A DNA stretch of 64,000 nucleotides, taken from positions 395,081 to 459,080 of the forward strand of contig CALSRB010000002.1 of the NCBI GenBank assembly GCA_943788655.1, written 5' to 3'. The translations under genes were made by a program, and so were the position numbers. The notes beneath the pieces are model-generated. The model was not told where the DNA came from and did not search any database. It saw only the letters and a program-made list of their open reading frames with translations. This stretch comes from Candidatus Poseidoniaceae archaeon. Its GTDB lineage: Archaea > Thermoplasmatota > Poseidoniia > Poseidoniales > Poseidoniaceae. Positions 19,408 to 27,149 of this stretch are shown in pieces (position 1 is the first letter of the stretch; each line of letters starts with the position of its first letter).

Positions 19408-20051
19408 GCAACAACTGGAAGATCAAGCATCAATGGTTGAGGTGCATCACCGCTTCGCTGCTGGGATTCTAGAATTTTGGCCCGTCGATTTACTCGTTGC
19501 TGCGCTTTTTCAGCAAACGGTTGTGTTCCATCGATGTTCATCGTTTGTGCACCGTCCATCGAGTAAGTCGCTCGGTGCCACCCACTCTGGATGTGGATGA
19601 TGTTGTTATGCAAGCGAAGGCTCGAAACCGGTCCGTCATATGTGAACAACTTCACGCCTCGACTTGGGACATTTGGCCCGACCATCCACACTTGACCTGC
19701 TTGGGTTGCCACAAGAAAGGAGGTCTCACTTGGAGATGCACTGCACATCGATCGAACAACGCCCCCTTCGACCGTAAATTTGTCAACCAAGTCCAAGAGC
19801 GGTAAGGTGAGGAACGTTACGCCACCTTGGGCATCGCCAATGATGGCGGTCTCGATGCGATTTGAAGGACCTTTGACAACCAACATGACTGTGGCGATAG
19901 CGTCTAATTTTATCCTTCGATTGATTCCTTTGTGGGGGCGCCATTGCACCAGGCCATCATCCATGGCAACAAGGCATCCATCTGGGGTCACGAGGCTTCG
20001 GACAACAACTCGGTTGTTCATACAACAGAAAGCAGAGCCGGGGGTACACAT
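19404..20051 (-). CDS. Hypothetical protein (beta-rich, possibly propeller-like)
   Basis: 215-aa ORF, natural-looking composition; no motif recognised. Confidence 0.3.
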   Translation of the reverse strand: MCTPGSAFCCMNNRVVVRSLVTPDGCLVAMDDGLVQWRPHKGINRRIKLDAIATVMLVVKGPSNRIETAIIGDAQGGVTFLTLPLLDLVDKFTVEGGVVRSMCSASPSETSFLVATQAGQVWMVGPNVPSRGVKLFTYDGPVSSLRLHNNIIHIQSGWHRATYSMDGAQTMNIDGTQPFAEKAQQRVNRRAKILESQQRSGDAPQPLMLDLPVVA

Positions 20052-20088
20052 TCATTTCCGAGACCCCTCGGATAAAACTGAAAGTGAA

Positions 20089-20367
20089 TCAGTAGGAATC
20101 TTCAGACTTACTGTCTTTCTTCCACTTGCGATAGCAAGACTTGCAGACACGGACTCGGCCTTTGCGTTGGGTGTAACCGCTCTCGCCCCACACATCGATC
20201 GCATTGTCGATGGAGAGGGAGCGTCCGCCGAAGGATTTGTCAGCGAAATTGTCACAGGTGTTGACACCACATGGAATCTCGCCTTCTTTTTTCGTTTTCT
20301 TACTGGTCGACTCGTTGGTTTCACCAGCGTCTGCCTTGTGCTTGCGTGCCTTTGCTTTGAAGCCCAT
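20089..20367 (-). CDS. Lysine-rich small zinc-finger protein (hypothetical)
   Basis: MGFKAKARKHK... basic N-terminus, Cys pairs (CGVNTC ... CKSC). Preferred over the overlapping Arg/Ser-rich plus-strand ORF 19780..20430. Confidence 0.3.
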   Translation of the reverse strand: MGFKAKARKHKADAGETNESTSKKTKKEGEIPCGVNTCDNFADKSFGGRSLSIDNAIDVWGESGYTQRKGRVRVCKSCYRKWKKDSKSEDSY

Positions 20368-20418
20368 GGGCCGAAGGACCTGTGCCCGATTCAAGAAGGT
20401 TACCACGGAAGTGGTGCT

Positions 20419-21432
20419 TCACTGTTCTGATACGTACCCGAGTTGGCTGAGCAAACCATCGATGAGACGGAGCAATCCACGGAGGGTTACTTCGGACACA
20501 TTGGCGACGCCACAGACTTCAGATTGAGTGCGTGGGGAACCGGATTCTGAGGATGCCTTGTAGATCAGCGCTGCTGCAACGCCCATTGGTTTCTTTCCTT
20601 GCCAAATATCTTCATGAGGTTGGATGGCATTCCACAAGTGGCCCACTTGGATGTGGGTGTTTGGCGGGAGTTGCAAATCAGAGATGAACTTGTCAAAATA
20701 CTGGTCTGGGGAGGAAATCTTGTGAAGATTGAGCCTGCGAGAAACTTGACGAATCAATCGTGACAATTCCTTTTCGGTTACGTCGAACGACCGAGCAATG
20801 TCAGGAATTTGCCTCGGGAGGTTCTCCTGGCGTGCCACCAAGTAAGCGCATGCTGCGGTTACGCCCGCAATTGAGCGGCCTGTGACGAAGCCTTCGCCGG
20901 ACAATCGACGATAGAGGCGAGCTGCTTCTTCTTGCAAGGGCTTTGGAAGTCCTGAGTTGTCTCGAATGAATTGGTTTGCCCTGACGAGGTTGCGCTCGCG
21001 ACTCTTCCGTGTTTTGGAACGTTCGTCGATCACTCGACGGCGACGCCACTCACGGCGTGCTTGGGAGGAGATCCCGTGACGGCCAGCAGACCCGGTGTTG
21101 AGGTCGCGGACATCAATGGTAGTGTTGAGGCCCTTGTCTGCGAGGGTGTAGGTGAGCGGTTGGCCGACTCGAGAGCGGTCTTGGCTACGGTCACGGTTTG
21201 TCCATTCTGCTCCGGGATCGATTACGTTCTCTTCAACGACGAGACCGCAGGAGTTGCATGTGATTTCACCTCGGCTGTCATCCATCTGCCAGTCAACGAC
21301 GCCGCACTCTTCGCATGGCCTTGTGTGACCCTCGAGCGTTCGTCTGATTTGATGGCTGCTGTCTGCTGCCCCCTGGGAGGTCCGTGAGGTCGTGTTCATG
21401 CTGCCGTTCTGCGCTTGTGTGTTTTGCTTCAT
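20419..21432 (-). CDS. tfb: Transcription initiation factor TFB (TFIIB homolog)
   Basis: N-terminal Zn ribbon CEECGVVDWQMDDSRGEITCNSCG, B-linker, two cyclin-fold repeats; extended linker insertion. Confidence 0.85.
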   Translation of the reverse strand: MKQNTQAQNGSMNTTSRTSQGAADSSHQIRRTLEGHTRPCEECGVVDWQMDDSRGEITCNSCGLVVEENVIDPGAEWTNRDRSQDRSRVGQPLTYTLADKGLNTTIDVRDLNTGSAGRHGISSQARREWRRRRVIDERSKTRKSRERNLVRANQFIRDNSGLPKPLQEEAARLYRRLSGEGFVTGRSIAGVTAACAYLVARQENLPRQIPDIARSFDVTEKELSRLIRQVSRRLNLHKISSPDQYFDKFISDLQLPPNTHIQVGHLWNAIQPHEDIWQGKKPMGVAAALIYKASSESGSPRTQSEVCGVANVSEVTLRGLLRLIDGLLSQLGYVSEQ

Positions 21433-21680
21433 CTTCTCAACTCCTTGTTCAGTAGTTGAGAACCTTTCTATTTAAAACCCTGTGTGGCGATGCATGTCAG
21501 TGGTTGCATGACGCTCGTAGGATAGACGGTGTGTGTTGGGTTCTCGCTAAGTAATTTTCAATCACGCTCAAGTGAATATAAACTGTTGTTTGGAAAACCA
21601 GAATCCATGGAAACCCTAGTCCAAAACTCAGGCAAGAGTTCAAAGACGGTACGCGGTGACATCCGAGCGAGGAGAACACA

Positions 21681-22985
21681 ATGCCAGCAACCGTCGTTCT
21701 AGGTGCGCAATGGGGAGATGAAGGAAAAGGGAAGTTGGTTGACCGGATTGCCGAACAGGCGACATGGGTTGCTCGGTTCCAGGGCGGAAACAACGCCGGT
21801 CACACTGTCGTTCTTGGCGATCAGGTACTCAAATTTCACCTCCTACCGTCCGGTATCACTCGCAAAGAGTGCAACCTCATACTCGGGGACGGCATGGTCA
21901 TTGACCCTTGGGTCTTGGATAGAGAACTCAATGGATGGAACGACTCAACAGGCGAGGATCCTCGCGGCGAGCGGTTGTTCATCAGCGAGCGAGCACACAT
22001 CATTCTCCCCTACCACTGCATTCTTGACGGGCAAGACAAGAAAATTGGGACCACCGGAAGAGGCATCGGCCCGACTTACGCCGACAAGATAAACAGAATT
22101 GGATTGAGATTTGGCGATCTCTCAGAAGTCGACGGTGATAATGACTGGATGGAAGCAACCACTGCTCGAATGAACGCTCGCCTTGAGGCAGCGGGGTGTG
22201 AGGACCGAATCACCGCATCCAAACTCGCAGAAGACATTGCATGGATTCATTCAACGTACGTCACCTGCATAGCCAACACCGGCCTCATGCTCGACAATGC
22301 CCTCAAACTCGGGGAACACGTGATCCTTGAAGGAGCACAAGGTTGCTTGCTCGATATCGACCAAGGCACCTTCCCCTACGTCACCTCCTCAGTCACCTCA
22401 CGAGGCAATGCTGGGCACGGAGCAGGCATCCACCCTGGACACGTTAACGATGTCATTGGAATCACAAAAGCCTACATCACCCGCGTAGGACACGGAGCAA
22501 TGCCAACAGAACTCGAAGACGAAGTAGGTGACCACCTTGGGACCATCGGCCACGAATTTGGAACAACCACAGGGCGAAAGCGACGGTGTGGTTGGTTTGA
22601 CGCGGTGGTCATGCGCCATGCCAACCGAGTCAACGGGTTCACCGGCTTGGCATTGACGAAGTTGGATGTGCTTGGCGGGCTTGATGAACTGAAAATATGC
22701 GTTGCCTACGAACTCGACGGGAAAGAAATTCTCGAAATGCCGGCCAGTGCCACAGCGCTCGAACGATGTAAGCCAATCTACATCTCCATGCCAGGTTTCC
22801 CAGGGCATTCACTACAAGAGTGGCTTGGAATTGCAAAGAAGGCGAATAAAGACGGTGCGGGCTATTCTACATTGCCAGCAGCAGCCCAATTGTACATTAA
22901 GAAAATCGAAGCGTTGGTTGGCGTACCATGCACAAGTGTGGGCGTTGGACCTGATCGTGACGCAACAATCGACATGGTCAACTGA
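21681..22985 (+). CDS. purA: Adenylosuccinate synthetase
   Basis: QWGDEGKGK P-loop, GGNNAGHT, TTGRGIGP, GTTTGRKRRCGWFD: all canonical PurA motifs. Confidence 0.92.
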   Translation: MPATVVLGAQWGDEGKGKLVDRIAEQATWVARFQGGNNAGHTVVLGDQVLKFHLLPSGITRKECNLILGDGMVIDPWVLDRELNGWNDSTGEDPRGERLFISERAHIILPYHCILDGQDKKIGTTGRGIGPTYADKINRIGLRFGDLSEVDGDNDWMEATTARMNARLEAAGCEDRITASKLAEDIAWIHSTYVTCIANTGLMLDNALKLGEHVILEGAQGCLLDIDQGTFPYVTSSVTSRGNAGHGAGIHPGHVNDVIGITKAYITRVGHGAMPTELEDEVGDHLGTIGHEFGTTTGRKRRCGWFDAVVMRHANRVNGFTGLALTKLDVLGGLDELKICVAYELDGKEILEMPASATALERCKPIYISMPGFPGHSLQEWLGIAKKANKDGAGYSTLPAAAQLYIKKIEALVGVPCTSVGVGPDRDATIDMVN

Positions 22986-23049
22986 GGATTCATTCCAGCC
23001 ATTTCAAGGTGAAGACTCAAAAAGGTGAGGCTCAACCGTTGCTTTACAG

Positions 23050-23125
23050 GGGCGTTTAGCTCAGTTGGAAGAGTGCTTGGTTTGCAACCAAGATGTCGTG
23101 GGTTCAAATCCCACAACGTCCACCA
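23050..23125 (+). tRNA. tRNA-Ala(UGC), CCA encoded
   Basis: Hand-folded cloverleaf: acceptor GGGCGUU/AACGUCC with the G3:U70 Ala identity pair, anticodon loop UUUGCAA, T-loop GGGUUCAAAUCCCAC. Confidence 0.9.
23107..23122 (+). repeat. attL-like direct repeat (tRNA-Ala 3' end)
   Basis: aatcccacaacgtcca, identical to 29319-29334. Confidence 0.7.
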
Positions 23126-23490
23126 CCCTCGTCAAAGAGTCCGAAACCAGTAGGGTTTGGACTCATAAATGTACGAACCCTCAGTTTTGACCTCAATCAA
23201 ATGCGAGTCTCCCTTTACGAAAGGGGTGGGAAGCAATTGAAATTGTCCGTACGGAACTTGCGAGATTCCCGGTTTTAACTCTTGGAATCAGTAAGATCTG
23301 AGTTAAAATCACCGTTAATGAAGAGTTTGATTTAGTCAGCGAGTTGCGAGTTTTTTAATGATGAAACGCTGCTTTCATGCATAAAATTGATGAGTTCAAA
23401 ATGCCAATACCTTTCCAATCAATCTGCATTCCCAAAACAAATGATTCATTGGGATAATTATATACATAATTGTATTAATCAAGTTGCTAT

Positions 23491-24198
23491 ATGGACATAC
23501 ACATCCCGGCAGGTTATGATTCGTTAAACAGGCCACTTACTGCTTTGGAGAGTTCAACTTTACTTGGACTTTCCGAATTCACAAAGCAGAATCTACCATA
23601 TTTTTCTAAAATCAAAAAAGGGAAAATACTGATGGCTGTAGGTCTAGGCTTTTTCTTGATTGGCTTGATATATTATGCCGTTTTATTAGTTTCGTTGGTA
23701 ATTTTGGGAGGAGGTTTCTATGTCTGGAAAACAGCAAAATCGACACCAGTGGCTTTTCCGGAACTTTTTGTATTAGAACACTCCTCAACAATATACAAAG
23801 GAAAGCCACTAATCGTTTCCGGATTGGAAGAGAGTAAATCGAACTATGAAATTGACTCACTCTATGAAGAGTATCCAAAACATAACCCTACATTAGAGGA
23901 AAATGAATCACTCTTGTATGTTGAACCCGGAGACAACCCTAAGCATTCGCTTAACACCATTAACGAGTTTTACTCATTACTCTCAAGTTATCACTCGAAG
24001 TTATCGAATGTAGGGAAGTATAATTTCAGCTTAAATTTCCTTTCAAGTTCCCAAGCATCGGCTCTCGATGAATTAAACTATTCATTTGATGGCCCTGATT
24101 GGTTTTTACAGGAATATCTAATTGAATCTAAATCAAATGACCACGATTTGATTTCGGAAAATGTAGCAATTCTGGACTATTTTGGACGATATTCTTGA
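23491..24198 (+). CDS. Islet protein A: membrane protein (TM hairpin) with a S/N/Y-rich soluble C-terminal domain
   Basis: Hydrophobic 31-aa stretch MAVGLGFFLIGLIYYAVLLVSLVILGGGFYV; first gene of a tightly packed/overlapping plus-strand operon. Confidence 0.5.
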   Translation: MDIHIPAGYDSLNRPLTALESSTLLGLSEFTKQNLPYFSKIKKGKILMAVGLGFFLIGLIYYAVLLVSLVILGGGFYVWKTAKSTPVAFPELFVLEHSSTIYKGKPLIVSGLEESKSNYEIDSLYEEYPKHNPTLEENESLLYVEPGDNPKHSLNTINEFYSLLSSYHSKLSNVGKYNFSLNFLSSSQASALDELNYSFDGPDWFLQEYLIESKSNDHDLISENVAILDYFGRYS

Positions 24199-25474
24199 GT
24201 CGAACATAGAGGTTCTTACTAGATTCCTTAAACACTTTGAGGATGAATATGCGGGGTACGAAAACTGGCTCAAGGAACTCGAACACATCGCAAATCAAAG
24301 TTCAGAAGGCGTTCTTGAAAGCATGGTTTTGACATACTCGCATATCAATGATGCATCAGGTGAGGCATCAGCACTTTTGCTAGAATCTGTAGATCATAAA
24401 ATCCAAGAAAATACTAGGAAATTAGAATTCCAAGCAAAACAAAAAATGGACGAATTGGAAGCAAAAATGAGTGATATGCAGGACAAAATCATGGAGCGTA
24501 AAGATGAACTAAAGTCTGCAATCTCATCACAGAATCAAATTGTAAACAACCTGGAGAAAGAAGCAATTAGCGCCCAATCTGATCTAACTGGGACATCATC
24601 TATGATTTCAATGGAATTGCCTTATGCAACCGTCGGCGGGGGTGGCGGAAACATTGGTCCAAACGGAGGAAGAGTTAGTGGAATTTCATCCGGGATTGGA
24701 TATCATACAGTTCACCTTCCAAACCCTGAATTCTCTGCTAAGCAACAGGCACATAGAATCATTTCGACCTTGGGAAGGATTGAACAGGAAAAACTGAAAA
24801 CTTTGAAGGACCAACTTACCTCGACTGATAATTTGGTTGAGCAGCGCCGAGAAGCGATTCTTTCAGAACAAGAAAGCCGTAAAAAAGAGTATCAAGAGAG
24901 AATGGAAGATGAACGTAAGCAGCTATCCAAACATTCCCTTGCTGTCAAGGCTCTGCATGAAGATATTTTAGAAAATCCTATTCAGATTGACGTCGATGAT
25001 TTGACGAGACTGGTTAATCGATCTTGGCTACAGCCGGCTAAAATTGTTTATGGACATCTGAATAGTATCGAATCAAAATTTCAAGAATGCACTGAGATAT
25101 TTCGCTGGTTTAAGGAAAGATCTGACTTGATTTCATCCAGTATTTTAGCAGGCTCTCCGAATCAACTTGGGACTAATGGTCGAATTTTCTCCCACTGGTT
25201 GGTAAGAGACCACGAAGTCTTAGATGTGATTAAAATTAAATCTGAGATCTCACTAGATAAACCAATAAATGTAGACTCTGTACCTTCCAAAAAGAGTCAA
25301 ATTCTTTCTAACCCAAATACCAACCCAAATTTCCCTTCAATGAGAAGGAAAATGAACAGCCAATCCTTAGCGGTTTTAATTCAACATCTAGCTCATCAAG
25401 GCAGTATAGATTCAAAACTGGCGAAGAAGTTATCGGATCTTTGTAATAAAAATGTAAACCATATCATGAGGTGA
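24182..25474 (+). CDS. Islet protein B: 430-aa coiled-coil protein with a central poly-Gly loop
   Basis: Heptad-rich E/K/Q segments flank GGGGGNIGPNGGRVSGISSGIGY. Overlaps gene A by 17 nt and gene C by 4 nt (translational coupling). Confidence 0.5.
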   Translation: MDDILESNIEVLTRFLKHFEDEYAGYENWLKELEHIANQSSEGVLESMVLTYSHINDASGEASALLLESVDHKIQENTRKLEFQAKQKMDELEAKMSDMQDKIMERKDELKSAISSQNQIVNNLEKEAISAQSDLTGTSSMISMELPYATVGGGGGNIGPNGGRVSGISSGIGYHTVHLPNPEFSAKQQAHRIISTLGRIEQEKLKTLKDQLTSTDNLVEQRREAILSEQESRKKEYQERMEDERKQLSKHSLAVKALHEDILENPIQIDVDDLTRLVNRSWLQPAKIVYGHLNSIESKFQECTEIFRWFKERSDLISSSILAGSPNQLGTNGRIFSHWLVRDHEVLDVIKIKSEISLDKPINVDSVPSKKSQILSNPNTNPNFPSMRRKMNSQSLAVLIQHLAHQGSIDSKLAKKLSDLCNKNVNHIMR

Positions 25475-26286
25475 TTTTAATGTCAGATGAATCAAGATCA
25501 GATGCAGCAATATTGGCCTCATTGAGTATGGAGGAGAGCCGAGGTTTAGTTACTCTCAGAGCGGCTCAAGAACGTCGTGAAGGAATTCTTCCAGCAGAAT
25601 CGAATCAAGAGAATCGTAACGTACGTATTGAATCATGTTGTTTTGTTGATGGTCATATTTTCGGTAAAGATGTTGAATTGATGGATTGTGACATTCGTAC
25701 TCTTTCAACCCGAGCGAGCGAAAACCTCCCTGGTACGCAAATAAATGGTGGAATCAATGCCTTCGGTGATGTGAAAATTGGAGTTGGTTGTGTCGTTGGT
25801 TCAGGAGATGGAGGGGGTGTTCTTGCTGGTGGAAATGTAAACATTAGTTCAGCTATTCCAATCGTTGAAAACGGACCATCTCGAACAATTATCATTGGCA
25901 GTGTCAGTGGCGAGCACATAGTGATTGGAGATGGGGCAATCATTTTAGGGGCAGTTATCGGTCAGAAATCAGTACAGATTGGTAGCGGTGTTACAATTCG
26001 AGATCATGTATTCACACCTGCTTTGGATGCTGGTGATGGAAATTTATTCGGAGGCTTAATTGTAGGTGACTCAGTGAGAATGGGAAAACTAAACACAATA
26101 GCATCAGGTAGAATAATGCTCCCTACTGATGATAATACTGTCAGTATCGAATCTCCAATTCGTTCGCCATATCCTGGGTGTAATAATTGCCAATACGCTG
26201 ATGAAGTTGGGAGGTTCAGACAACGTGCAAGACTACGGCCGTCGTTTATCTTGCCACCTTTTCAAATCTGTGGAATTAGAAGATGA
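25471..26286 (+). CDS. Islet protein C: beta-helix repeat protein, bactofilin-like
   Basis: Approximately 120-aa run of short G/V/I-rich turns (GDVKIGVGCVVGSGDGGGVLAGGNVNISSA...IIIGSVSGEHIVIGDGAIILGAVIGQKSVQIGSGVTI) typical of bactofilin/left-handed beta-helix repeats; the C-terminal 55 aa are of uncertain reality. Confidence 0.4.
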   Translation: MILMSDESRSDAAILASLSMEESRGLVTLRAAQERREGILPAESNQENRNVRIESCCFVDGHIFGKDVELMDCDIRTLSTRASENLPGTQINGGINAFGDVKIGVGCVVGSGDGGGVLAGGNVNISSAIPIVENGPSRTIIIGSVSGEHIVIGDGAIILGAVIGQKSVQIGSGVTIRDHVFTPALDAGDGNLFGGLIVGDSVRMGKLNTIASGRIMLPTDDNTVSIESPIRSPYPGCNNCQYADEVGRFRQRARLRPSFILPPFQICGIRR

Positions 26287-26503
26287 ATCTCTTAAGATTA
26301 CTGAAGGGATGTGCACTGAATGGACTCCGTTTGATTTGGATTCCAAAGATGCCCAGTTTACGATAACAGATAATCTAGTCACAGATGTCCCATGGAATTT
26401 GAAATGTGTTACTAATTGGCCGACTGATTCTTTGAACCTAGAGTATGATAGAGACCAAATTGCAATTTGGGAAATGACTGCTGAGTCGCTAGGGGGTTTG
26501 TAG
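26129..26503 (+). CDS. Islet small ORF D (start uncertain; possibly 26309 MCTEW...)
   Basis: In the same frame as, and immediately upstream of, gene E. It overlaps the gene C tail, so the true start is likely internal. Confidence 0.2.
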   Translation: MIILSVSNLQFVRHILGVIIANTLMKLGGSDNVQDYGRRLSCHLFKSVELEDESLKITEGMCTEWTPFDLDSKDAQFTITDNLVTDVPWNLKCVTNWPTDSLNLEYDRDQIAIWEMTAESLGGL

Positions 26504-27112
26504 ATGCCTGAATGCTGTGCGATTCACTTTACTGGATGGTACTGTCCAAAGTGTGGTTTACCCATTTCGTTTGCAGATCACGGTGGAAGTACACCGATTT
26601 CAATTGGAAATATTTCTACTAAAAACGTCACAATTAATCAACAACTTGTTCAAGGTGATTTAATTCAAGCAGGCGGCATAAAGTCAACTGGACGAGGCAA
26701 TGAAGTTCCAGAGTCGTTCGCTTTACCACTTCCGCCTCCTCCGTTTGAGGAAGATGATTTGCCCTTGCCACCCCCTCCTGCGGAAGATGATTTGCCCTTG
26801 CCACCCCCTCCTGCGGAAGATGATTTGCCCTTGCCACCCCCTCCTGCGGAAAATGATTTACCCCTGCCCCCTCTACCTGCGGAAGATGATTTGCCCTTGC
26901 CACCCCCTCCTGCGATTGAAGAACTGCCTTCACCCCCTTCTTTAGTAGAAGATCCAGAGTCTACAGTGAAGAATGTCGATAATTCGGAGGAGATTTGGCC
27001 GCCAACGGATGCAGAAATTATCACTGACGAATTAGGCGTTGAATGGTTTGAGGAAAATGGAAAGTGGTATTTCAAGAACCCTGAAGATAACTGGGAACTC
27101 TTCCAAACTTGA
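26504..27112 (+). CDS. Islet protein E: N-terminal zinc ribbon, five EDDLPLPPPPA polyproline repeats, C-terminal WW-like motif (EWFEENGKWYFKNPEDNWELF)
   Basis: CC-x2-H-x6-C-x2-C at residues 4-17; 5 x 33-bp DNA repeats; the C-terminal motif is shared with chromosomal giant surface-protein tails (see findings). Confidence 0.6.
   Translation: MPECCAIHFTGWYCPKCGLPISFADHGGSTPISIGNISTKNVTINQQLVQGDLIQAGGIKSTGRGNEVPESFALPLPPPPFEEDDLPLPPPPAEDDLPLPPPPAEDDLPLPPPPAENDLPLPPLPAEDDLPLPPPPAIEELPSPPSLVEDPESTVKNVDNSEEIWPPTDAEIITDELGVEWFEENGKWYFKNPEDNWELFQT
26751..26915 (+). repeat. 5 x 33-bp tandem repeat (gaagatgatttgcccttgccaccccctcctgcg) encoding EDDLPLPPPPA; the fourth copy diverged (ENDLPLPPLPA)
   Basis: Direct inspection; coding, not CRISPR (no spacers; repeats are contiguous and in-frame). 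Confidence 0.9.
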
Positions 27113-27149
27113 AAGCTGGTTTGGTTACTTTCTAGCGGGATTTCCACCA

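Noticed and set aside
19780-20430. 216-aa plus-strand ORF overlapping the Lys-rich zinc-finger ORF
   Set aside because: Arg/Ser/Thr-rich composition typical of an out-of-frame read of GC-moderate DNA; the opposite-strand ORF has a coherent basic N-terminus with a Cys cluster.
23126-23490. Search for an integrase, or split SSV-type int(N)/int(C) fragments, adjacent to attL/attR of the islet
   Set aside because: ORFs overlapping the repeats (23093..23278 +, 29274..29465 +, 29019..29309 -) are short, low-complexity and show no tyrosine- or serine-recombinase motifs; none of proteins A-G resembles a recombinase. The islet is treated as an integrase-less remnant or non-autonomous element.
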